From positions 12,053-51,564 of the forward strand of contig CAXTKV010000010.1 in the NCBI GenBank assembly GCA_964244895.1: a stretch of 39,512 nt of DNA, given 5' to 3'. Every line of letters starts with the position of its first letter. Positions within the stretch are counted from its first letter, which is position 1. Position numbers and translations under genes: made by a program. The stretch is from an uncultured Deinococcales bacterium. GTDB lineage: Bacteria > Deinococcota > Deinococci > Deinococcales > JAAFIG01. The notes below the pieces were generated by a model that was given only the letters and a program-made list of their open reading frames with translations, searched no databases and was not told where the DNA came from. Below, in pieces: positions 25,557-33,055 of the stretch.

Positions 25557-28009
25557 GGGTTGGCGGGCGGCGGCTCAGGGGTGAACGGCACGACCGGATC
25601 GGGCGGGGGTTCCGCGACGGGCGGAGGCGGCGCGACCACGGGTGGCGGCGCGACCACGGGCGGAGGGGGCGGCGGCGGTGGCGGCAGCACGTAATTCGGA
25701 TCGTAGAACCGCAGGTCGCTGACCTTGATGGATTGCAATTGCACACATCCCGGCGAGGTGCTGGCATCAGCCAAGGGGTTGACGCTGGCCTGGTTGCGGC
25801 GGCAGGTGTTCAACGCGACGGTCACACGGGATTCGTCCGGCGGCGGAGGCCCGTCCACGGCGGGCCGGGTGCGCGGAGCCTGAGCGATGCCGTCGTTCGG
25901 GATGCTGGGATTGCCCGCGCTGCTGACGGGGCCAGGGCGCGTGTTGTACGCCATTCTGACGCCCTGCACGCCACGGTAGCCGATGTTGGACGGTTCGCTG
26001 TACGCACCGGGCGGCTTGCCCTCGATGGCTCGAGCCACGAAGTCGTGCCAGACGGGCGGGTTGTACGTGCCGGAAAAAACGTTGCGTCCGTACATCGGCT
26101 TGTTGTCGTCGCGCCCAATCCAGACGGCTGCCGTCATGCGCGGGGTCGTGCCGACGAACCACATGTCCACCGGGCCGGAGGACGTTCCGGTCTTGCCGCC
26201 GACCTCGATGCCCGGAATCTTGGCGGCCAGCGCGTACTGACCGCTGATGGCGGCGGGGTCGTTGACCACACCCTTGATCATGTCGAGCGCCACGTAAGCG
26301 GTCTGCGGACTCCAGACGCGGCGGCGGATCAGCGTGTCGTCGCTGCTGGCGTCGTACAGCACGCGCCCCGTCGCGTCCTCTATCCGAGAAATGTAGCGCG
26401 GTTGCATCCAGATGCCACCGTTGACGAAGCTCGCGTAGGCGGACGCCATCAACAGCGGGTTGGCATCGATGCCGCCGATGAAGCTCGAGTACGGCAGCTC
26501 GTCGGGCACGGTGAAGCCCAGCAAGCGCAACTTGTCGCGGAATCGGGCGCGTCCGACGCGGTCATCCAGGCCCAGGTTGATGGTCGGCAGGTTCAAGGAG
26601 TGATCCAATGAGTAGCGCAGCGTGACGGGTGCGTTCTTGACGGCGTCCGGCCCATCGAAGTTCTTCGGACACCAGGTATCGCGCCGCCCGAAGCAATCCG
26701 TGCCCGGAATCCGCAGGCGGATCGGGGCATCCATGAAGGTTTCCCACTGGTTGATGCCCTGGTCTATGGCGGTCGCGTACAGCAGGGGTTTGACGCTCGA
26801 GCCCGGCGAGCGCTTGAACTGGCTCGAGGTGGTGCGGTTGTACTCGTCCTGACCGGACAAGTCGTTGCCGCCGACCATCGCCAGAATCTCGCCGTTCAAC
26901 GGGTCAACCGCGACGATGGCGATGTTGGCCTGGTACGGCACGCGGGCGCGCTGGGAGGCGATCTCGGCGGCCTGCTGGGCCTTGGTGTCCAGCGTCGTGT
27001 AGACCTTCAATCCGCCGCCGGAATAGACTTGGTTGTCCGGGAAGCGCGATTTCAGGATCTTGCGAATCTCGAACATGAAATGCGAGGCGAACTCGGTGCG
27101 GATCTCCTCGACGCGGTTCATCTTGGGGTTGGTCAGTTTGGCTTTGGTGACGTTGCCCTTGGCGTCGTAATTGACCTGCCAGCCGTTGGGCTGGACTTTC
27201 TCGAGCCAGGTCGCGCGGCCCTGATCCGCCGTGATCCACTCGTCCTCGACCATGCGATCCAGCCGGACTTTCATGCCCTCGCGCACGCGCTTGAAGGTGC
27301 CCGTGTCGTCGCGGTTCTTGCCCAGGTTGCCGATGGAAAAATCGTTCGGGGCGGGCAGCAGGGACGCCAGGTAAAGGCTTTCGGCGACGGTCAGTTCCAG
27401 CGGATCCTTGCCGAAGTACGCTTGCGCCGCCGCCCGGATGCCCTTGAGGTTGCCGCCCCAGAAGGCCACGTTCAAGTAGGCAGTCAGGATTTCTTCTTTG
27501 GTGAAGTAGCGCTCCACCTGCACGGACAGCATGATTTCTTTGATTTTGCGTTCCGGCGCGCGCTTTCTGGAGTTGACCAGCTCCTTGGGCAGGATCGTGG
27601 ATCGCACCAGTTGCTGCGTGATCGTGCTGCCGCCCTGGCGATTGTCGCGAAAGAAGGTTTCCAGGATGCTTCGCCCGACCGCGACGGGCTCGAAGCCGTA
27701 GTGCTTGAAGAAATCCCGGTCTTCGCTGGCGACCACCGCAGCCACGGTCAAGGGCGAGATTTCCGTCAGCTTGGCGGGTCGCCGGTCGAAGCGTTCGCCG
27801 CCGACCGTCGGGGCCAGCACGCCGATCAGCGCGCCGTCTCTGGCGTAGACGCGGGTCGTACCCTCGAGTTGCAACTGGTCGAGCTGACGGTAATCGGGCA
27901 AGTCCAGGTACCAGTGAACCAGGAACGTGCCCAGCACAGCCACGGCTGACACGATGCCCGCCAGCGCGAGCGCGCCCAGCAGCCGGGATAGGCGAACGAC
28001 GAAGCTCAC
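25553..28009 (-). CDS. class A penicillin-binding protein (transglycosylase/transpeptidase) with Pro-rich tail
   Basis: TG motifs EDRDF..H.G, GGSTITQQL, RKIKE, KEEIL..YLN. TP motifs SSVK, SLN, KTG. Confidence 0.95.
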   Translation of the reverse strand: MSFVVRLSRLLGALALAGIVSAVAVLGTFLVHWYLDLPDYRQLDQLQLEGTTRVYARDGALIGVLAPTVGGERFDRRPAKLTEISPLTVAAVVASEDRDFFKHYGFEPVAVGRSILETFFRDNRQGGSTITQQLVRSTILPKELVNSRKRAPERKIKEIMLSVQVERYFTKEEILTAYLNVAFWGGNLKGIRAAAQAYFGKDPLELTVAESLYLASLLPAPNDFSIGNLGKNRDDTGTFKRVREGMKVRLDRMVEDEWITADQGRATWLEKVQPNGWQVNYDAKGNVTKAKLTNPKMNRVEEIRTEFASHFMFEIRKILKSRFPDNQVYSGGGLKVYTTLDTKAQQAAEIASQRARVPYQANIAIVAVDPLNGEILAMVGGNDLSGQDEYNRTTSSQFKRSPGSSVKPLLYATAIDQGINQWETFMDAPIRLRIPGTDCFGRRDTWCPKNFDGPDAVKNAPVTLRYSLDHSLNLPTINLGLDDRVGRARFRDKLRLLGFTVPDELPYSSFIGGIDANPLLMASAYASFVNGGIWMQPRYISRIEDATGRVLYDASSDDTLIRRRVWSPQTAYVALDMIKGVVNDPAAISGQYALAAKIPGIEVGGKTGTSSGPVDMWFVGTTPRMTAAVWIGRDDNKPMYGRNVFSGTYNPPVWHDFVARAIEGKPPGAYSEPSNIGYRGVQGVRMAYNTRPGPVSSAGNPSIPNDGIAQAPRTRPAVDGPPPPDESRVTVALNTCRRNQASVNPLADASTSPGCVQLQSIKVSDLRFYDPNYVLPPPPPPPPPVVAPPPVVAPPPPVAEPPPDPVVPFTPEPPPANP

Positions 28010-28356
28010 GCTTCACGCACCGATTTCTTTTGATCCCACACGCGTTCAGGATACCCGAGCGCCCACCTTTGAGCGTGAGCGCGATTCTCATATCGTGATG
28101 CTTCTCGTCCCGCTCGCCGAAGGACGAACCATCTCGAGCCTTCTCGACTGCACCCGATCCTGCGGAGCGGCAAAAAACACCGTCCAGCACGCATGTCCCA
28201 AGAGCTTGTCGACGAGGTCTCGAGCGATGTTCGCGAAGCCCGCGAAGGCGAAAGGTGAAAGCAGAAAAAAGCTGAAATGAACACCGCTGGGACGAGCGGC
28301 CCATCGAAGCGCTCGACCCTCACTTTGTCCTTTTCCCTTTCAGCTTTTACCTTCAC
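28006..28356 (-). CDS. putative 116-aa bridging ORF (second link of the regulator-to-PBP chain)
   Basis: GTG 28356 overlaps TGA 28353-28355; its TGA 28006-28008 overlaps the PBP GTG. Repeat-rich, no recognisable domain. Confidence 0.3.
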   Translation of the reverse strand: MKVKAEREKDKVRVERFDGPLVPAVFISAFFCFHLSPSRASRTSLETSSTSSWDMRAGRCFLPLRRIGCSREGSRWFVLRRAGREASRYENRAHAQRWALGYPERVWDQKKSVREA

Positions 28357-28377
28357 CGACACGTCCTGGACGGTGTC
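28174..28377. repeat. repeat family A, copy 19: widely spaced arms enclosing inverted degenerate heptamer tracts
   Basis: aaaacaccgtccagcacgca (28174-28193) and gacacgtcctggacggtgtc (28358-28377); gaaaggt/gaaagca tract at about 28244-28277 faces a ctttcag/cttttac tract at about 28323-28357. Confidence 0.75.
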
Positions 28378-28394
28378 GTCAACGCACCCGTCAC
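28353..28394 (-). CDS. putative 13-aa bridging mini-ORF (first link)
   Basis: GTG 28394 overlaps the regulator TGA; reads MTGALTTPSRTCR, mostly from the repeat arm. Confidence 0.3.
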   Translation of the reverse strand: MTGALTTPSRTCR

Positions 28395-28825
28395 TCGAGG
28401 AGCGTGTCGGTGACCTTGATTTCGCCCGCCTCGAGGATCGCGGCGCGGCTCTGCTCGAGCAAATCCTGGACGGTCTTGCGGAAATTCTTGCCCGTCAAGG
28501 GCTTGTTGACGAATAGATCCACCTTGACGCTCAGCGCTTCGTCGCGCGTGCGCTGATCCTGCATGGCGGTCAGGATCACCACCGGCGTGTGCTGGAAACG
28601 CCGGATGCGCTTGACGCGGCTGCACACCTCGATGCCGGACAAGAAAGGCATGTTGACATCCAGCACCAGCAAGTCCGGCGTGTTGTCCTTGAGGTACGCC
28701 AGCGCTTCCTTGCCGTCACTGACGGTCACGACGGTGTGGCCGTCCGATCCCAGAACCATTTCTAGGAGGTTCCTGACGGCGGGCTCGTCGTCCGCGACGA
28801 GGATCGTGGCGGGTTGTGTCTGCAT
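28391..28825 (-). CDS. single-domain CheY-like response regulator
   Basis: ILVADDE, PDLLVLDVNMP..SG, VILTA, KP. TATAGT-N7-ATG supports a start at 28825. Confidence 0.92.
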   Translation of the reverse strand: MQTQPATILVADDEPAVRNLLEMVLGSDGHTVVTVSDGKEALAYLKDNTPDLLVLDVNMPFLSGIEVCSRVKRIRRFQHTPVVILTAMQDQRTRDEALSVKVDLFVNKPLTGKNFRKTVQDLLEQSRAAILEAGEIKVTDTLLE

Positions 28826-28896
28826 GGGGTTCACTATACGGTTTCGGTCGGCGTGGTTCGTTCCGGGGATGACAATACCGACGCTGAAATCACCTC

Positions 28897-28922
28897 GAGA
28901 ACTCCATCCCGGACGGTCTTTT
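28897..28922. repeat. repeat family A, copy 20 (single degenerate unit)
   Basis: gagaactccatcccggacggtctttt, overlapping a CTCGAG at its left end. Confidence 0.6.
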
Positions 28923-30632
28923 TTAATCAGCAGCTTGCCTGGTCTCGAGCCCGGCCTTTTCTTCTTCCAGGAGTTGACGGCGCAAGATCTTGCCGACCAG
29001 CGTTTTGGGCAATTCCGCGCGGAATTCGACCAGCCTTGGGGCTTTGTAGGCCGCCAGCTTCAGTCGGGCAAAGGCGATGATCTCGGCTTCCGTGGCGGTT
29101 TCGCCATCCTTTAAAACGATGAATGCCTTGACCGTCTCGCCCCGGTACGCGTCCGGGACGCCCAGAACCACGGCTTCCCTAACTTTCGGGTGTTCATAAA
29201 GAACTTCCTCGACCTCGCGCGGGTAGACGTTGTAACCGGAGGCGTCGATCATGTCTTTCTTGCGATCCACGATTGAAAAGTAGCCGTCCGAGTCCATGCG
29301 CGCCATGTCGCCGGTCAGCAACCAGCGTCCGGGCGTCCGACCACCATCCAGGGCGTTGACGATGCACTTGTCGGTCTCGTCGGGTCGCTGCCAGTAGCCC
29401 AGCATGACGTTCGGTCCGCGAATCGCCAGTTCCCCGATCTCGCCCGCTGGGACGGTGTCGTGGTTTGCATCAACCACGCGCGCATTCACGCCCGGCAGCG
29501 GCAGTCCGATGCTGCCCGCGCGCCGTTCGCCGCGCAGCGGGTTGGTGTGCGTGATCGGGGCGGTTTCGGTCAAACCGTAACCCTCGACCAGCACCGCGCC
29601 GGAGCGTTCCTCGAAGGTTCTGGACACTTCGGTCGGCAAGGACGCCGCACCCGAGATGCAGACGCGGATGCTCGAGAGGTCGTACTTTTTCGCGTCCGGG
29701 TGGTTGTTGATGGCCACATACATGGTCGGCACGCCGGGAAAGGTGGTGGGTTTGTGCTTCTGAATCGCCTCGAGTACGTCTTTGGTGTTCCAGCGCGGCA
29801 GCAAGACCATCGTGGCGGCCATCTTGACGGCCCAGTTCATGCCGACCGTCATGCCGTAAACGTGAAAAAACGGGATCGCGCCGAGCACGGTCTCCTGACC
29901 GTCCTTCGCGTCCACGTTCCAGGCGGCGGCCATGGCCACATTGGACATCAGGTTGCGGTGGGACAGCATCGCGCCTTTGGGCGTGCCGGTCGTGCCGCCC
30001 GTGTACTGCAAGAGCGCCAGGTCGTCGGGTTGAATGTCGACGCTGGACGGCGTGGCCGGGTATTTGTCCAGCAGGTGCTTGAAGAAAAAAATGTGCGATT
30101 CGGGTTTGACCGTGACCCATGACCCGTCGCGGCGCGCCTTGATCGGGTACAGCAGGTTTTTTGGGAACGGCAGGAATTCCTGCAAGCCCGTGACGATCAC
30201 GCGTTTGACCGACACGTTCCCGGCGATCTCGCGGTAGCGCGGGAAGAATAAATTGAGCATCACCAGCGTTTGTGCGCCCGAATCCTTCAATTGGTGCTCG
30301 AGTTCTCGGGCCACGTACAACGGGCTGGTATTGACCACGACCGCCCCGATCAGGCTCGCGCCGTAGAACGCGATCACGAACTGCGGGCAGTTCGGCAGCA
30401 TCACGGCCACCCGGTCGCCCTTCTTGACGCCCATCTGTTGGAGGGCCGTACCGAACTTTCGGGCCGCCGTCCAGAGTTCTTGGTAGGTCATTTCAAAACC
30501 CACGAATTCGATGGCGGTGCGCGTCGGATAGCGTTTGGCCGCACCCTCGAGCAGCGCGGGTACGCCAGATTCCGGGTAGATCAGTTCCTTGGGCACACCT
30601 GCGTCGTAGCGCTGAAGCCAGGGTCGTTCCAT
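28923..30632 (-). CDS. fadD: long-chain fatty acid-CoA ligase
   Basis: LQYTGGTTGTPKGAML.H.N, PFFHVYG, EGYGLTE, TGD, IVDRKKDMI..SG.NVYPREVEE, LPKT.VGKILRR. AGGAAGG SD before ATG 30632. Confidence 0.94.
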   Translation of the reverse strand: MERPWLQRYDAGVPKELIYPESGVPALLEGAAKRYPTRTAIEFVGFEMTYQELWTAARKFGTALQQMGVKKGDRVAVMLPNCPQFVIAFYGASLIGAVVVNTSPLYVARELEHQLKDSGAQTLVMLNLFFPRYREIAGNVSVKRVIVTGLQEFLPFPKNLLYPIKARRDGSWVTVKPESHIFFFKHLLDKYPATPSSVDIQPDDLALLQYTGGTTGTPKGAMLSHRNLMSNVAMAAAWNVDAKDGQETVLGAIPFFHVYGMTVGMNWAVKMAATMVLLPRWNTKDVLEAIQKHKPTTFPGVPTMYVAINNHPDAKKYDLSSIRVCISGAASLPTEVSRTFEERSGAVLVEGYGLTETAPITHTNPLRGERRAGSIGLPLPGVNARVVDANHDTVPAGEIGELAIRGPNVMLGYWQRPDETDKCIVNALDGGRTPGRWLLTGDMARMDSDGYFSIVDRKKDMIDASGYNVYPREVEEVLYEHPKVREAVVLGVPDAYRGETVKAFIVLKDGETATEAEIIAFARLKLAAYKAPRLVEFRAELPKTLVGKILRRQLLEEEKAGLETRQAAD

Positions 30633-30937
30633 GGGTGCATCCTTCCTGACCGTGAGAGACGGCTTTGAGATGGCCTTCTTGGGCTGAGTCAAAGTTTGAA
30701 CCCAGCGTAGCGGGATTGGGCTATGGGTTCAACTCGATTTTGCACGATTTGTCTTCATACCCGATAAAAGATATCTGCGCCGAAAGAACGTCCTGGACGG
30801 CTCTGAAAGCAAAAGTATTTCGCTCAGCAGACCATTCTCTCGCGTTTCAGAGCGGCTCGAGCCGTGCCTCCGAAGCTCGAGTTCAGGATGCTCGCGCACG
30901 CTGCTCGAGAAACGCGCCGCCACGAAATGAATGCCTG

Positions 30938-30986
30938 AAAACACCGTCCAGGACGCACTATTTATATTGCGTCCCAGACGATGTGT
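30938..30986. repeat. repeat family A, copy 21 (plus a lone arm near 30787-30803)
   Basis: aaaacaccgtccaggacgca ... tgcgtcccagacgatgtgt. Confidence 0.8.
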
Positions 30987-31094
30987 CCGAGTCAAATCAA
31001 ACGTCGGTCTTTCGCACCCAGAAACGCGCAGGGCCAGAAACGCACCGGGATGCAGGCGCTGGTCAAGTACCTGGCGCGAGAGACCGGATCGACC

Positions 31095-31157
31095 GCGCGC
31101 GAGACGCGACCAGTTGCGCGCGAGACGCGACCAGTTGCGCGCGACATTCGACCAGGA
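31095..31157. repeat. 21-bp tandem repeat, two exact copies plus one degenerate
   Basis: gcgcgcgagacgcgaccagtt x2, then gcgcgcgacattcgaccagga. Confidence 0.85.
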
Positions 31158-31247
31158 CTTGAGGGCGACACTCCGTAGCCTGAGATTCGCACACTGAAGA
31201 ACGAGGGTTCAGCCATCGCTCCAATTTTGTCCCAACAGGAGGAACGC

Positions 31248-32396
31248 ATGAAACATCTGACACCCATCATCGCCCCGATGCTGCTCGGACTCGCGACCAT
31301 CGCGCTGGCGCAGGCCGCCTACAGCGTGATCATCAACGGCAAACCAGCCAAGCTCGAGACCATCGAAAAAAATGGGAAAGTCTTCGTGGACGCCGCCGCG
31401 CTCGGGCAGGCCCTCGGCGCCAAGGTCAGCGTGGACAAGGCCAGGAAGACCGTCAGCTTCACCAGCCCAGCCTCGAGTGCACCCAGCACCGACGTGGCCG
31501 GAACCGCCCAGGTCGCGGGCGGCGTCGGCGAGATCGGCAAGACGTACACGGTTCAGGGCAACAATTCCTTGATCAACGTCACCATCAACAAACTGGCCTA
31601 CAGTGCCGGACATTTCATCGTAGGCGACGACGATTACGCCAACTACGACGCCAAGTACCTGGTGGTCTACGCGACCGTGCAGAACCCGCTCAAAGACGGT
31701 GATACCGAGGCAGGACAGGTCTTCTGGCAGATTGTGACCTCCGCCAACGAGACCGTTCAGGGCGAGGGCTGGTACGACCTCAAGACGCGCCAGGGCGCGG
31801 GCAGACTGAAACCCGGCCAGAAGCTCGAGGTCTTCACGTACGTCCGCATCGACAACAAGGTCAGCGTGCCGAAACTGATCATCCAGAGCGGCGATAAGGT
31901 CTGGCGCTACGACATGACGGGCAAGATCGCGCCGCTCGATGTTTACGCCGATCCCGCCAGCAAGGACGGCAGCGTGGCTCTTTCCACGGTTCCGGCCAAG
32001 CTCGGCGCGATGTACCCGGCTTACCGCTCGGATTTCCGCACGGACAAGATCGAATTGAGCACCAAACCCGTGGGCGGCGTGGACGTGCCAGAGGGCGGTT
32101 CGCTGGTGGTCGCGACCTTCACGATCCAGGGTGCGGGGCCGGATCGGTTGGACAACCTCAACCCCGTCTTCAAACTCTTCGATACCGACGATCAACAGAT
32201 CGACTCGAGCGCCGTGCTGCGCGCCGACCGCGACGCGAACTTCGAGCTTTCGATCCCGCAAGGCCGGGCGTTCTCGGGTCGCGCCATCTTCGCGCTCGAG
32301 CGCGACCGAAAACCGGCCAGGCTCCAGATGGCGCACGGCCCCGGCAACTCGAGCTTCAGCCGCACCCTCGAGTACGATGTTTCCAACCTGAAGTAA
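31248..32396 (+). CDS. secreted protein with N-terminal copper-amine-oxidase-N/stalk-like domain and beta-rich domains
   Basis: AGGAGG SD; signal peptide ending ALA; VIINGK.....IEKNGKVFV....LGQALGAKVSVD....TV pattern. Confidence 0.75.
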   Translation: MKHLTPIIAPMLLGLATIALAQAAYSVIINGKPAKLETIEKNGKVFVDAAALGQALGAKVSVDKARKTVSFTSPASSAPSTDVAGTAQVAGGVGEIGKTYTVQGNNSLINVTINKLAYSAGHFIVGDDDYANYDAKYLVVYATVQNPLKDGDTEAGQVFWQIVTSANETVQGEGWYDLKTRQGAGRLKPGQKLEVFTYVRIDNKVSVPKLIIQSGDKVWRYDMTGKIAPLDVYADPASKDGSVALSTVPAKLGAMYPAYRSDFRTDKIELSTKPVGGVDVPEGGSLVVATFTIQGAGPDRLDNLNPVFKLFDTDDQQIDSSAVLRADRDANFELSIPQGRAFSGRAIFALERDRKPARLQMAHGPGNSSFSRTLEYDVSNLK

Positions 32397-32403
32397 GCGG
32401 GCA

Positions 32404-32451
32404 GCACCGCTCAGGACGCAAATCCATGGACGCGCGCTGAACGGTGTTCTC
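32404..32451. repeat. repeat family A, copy 22
   Basis: gcaccgctcaggacgca ... gcgcgctgaacggtgttctc. Confidence 0.75.
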
Positions 32452-32490
32452 ATGGTCAGGCCGACCCCATCCGACGTACCGGAGGAACGC

Positions 32491-32946
32491 ATGAAGAAAT
32501 GGCTCATCGCACTCGTCCTTTTTATCGGTCTCTCGTCCGGTGCGTCCGCCGTCAGCTTTTCCATCGGCGGCGGCCTGGGCTACAGCTTCTCGAGCGGCGG
32601 CGGCAGCGCCCTGCAGGGCACGGTGCAATTCACCGTCAAGGACTTGCTGTCCTTCGGGCCGCTCGGGTTGGACGTTCGCACCAGCGCCGACGTGTTCCTG
32701 GCGTCGATCACGAGCATCAATCTGAACATCGCACCCTTGTTAACCTTCGTGATTGATCCATTGCGGCTTTACGCCGGGCCGAGCGTCGGGATCAACATCG
32801 TCCCCGGCGGCGGGTTGAGCTTCGGCGCGGTCGCGGGGCTGGAATACCCGATCAGCGCGAACCTGAACGCTTTCGCGGAGGCCAACGCGACCTTCGTGCC
32901 CGCGACTTTCTTCACCGTTCGCGGCGGCGTGAACTTCAGCTTTTAA
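32491..32946 (+). CDS. small outer-membrane beta-barrel protein
   Basis: GGAGG SD; signal peptide ending ASA; alternating beta strands (LYAGPSVG, AGLEYP, AFAEAN); C-terminal GGVNFSF. Confidence 0.8.
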   Translation: MKKWLIALVLFIGLSSGASAVSFSIGGGLGYSFSSGGGSALQGTVQFTVKDLLSFGPLGLDVRTSADVFLASITSINLNIAPLLTFVIDPLRLYAGPSVGINIVPGGGLSFGAVAGLEYPISANLNAFAEANATFVPATFFTVRGGVNFSF

Positions 32947-32965
32947 GGCTCGAACGCCCGAGACG

Positions 32966-33023
32966 GCACCGTCCCGAACGGGCTTTCTTCTCATCGAGAA
33001 AACACCGCCCCAGACGGCATCTC
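32966..33023. repeat. repeat family A, copy 23 (degenerate)
   Basis: gcaccgtcccgaacgggctt ... gaaaacaccgccccagacggcatctc. Confidence 0.7.
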
Positions 33024-33055
33024 TGCGTATGCCCAACTCCATCCAGAGGAACCCC

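Noticed and set aside
25556..25690. GGC-rich repeats at the end of the PBP gene
   Set aside because: They encode an ordinary Pro-rich low-complexity tail, which is common in class A PBPs.
28461..28477. Repeat-like words inside coding regions (also near 33549 and 34590)
   Set aside because: They are short, unpaired and explainable by common Thr-Val-Gln or Leu-Asp-Gly codons; not counted as repeat copies.
30931..31197. Short ORFs over the 21-bp tandem repeat
   Set aside because: No SD or leaderless signal, repeat-derived sequence, and not coupled to neighbouring genes.
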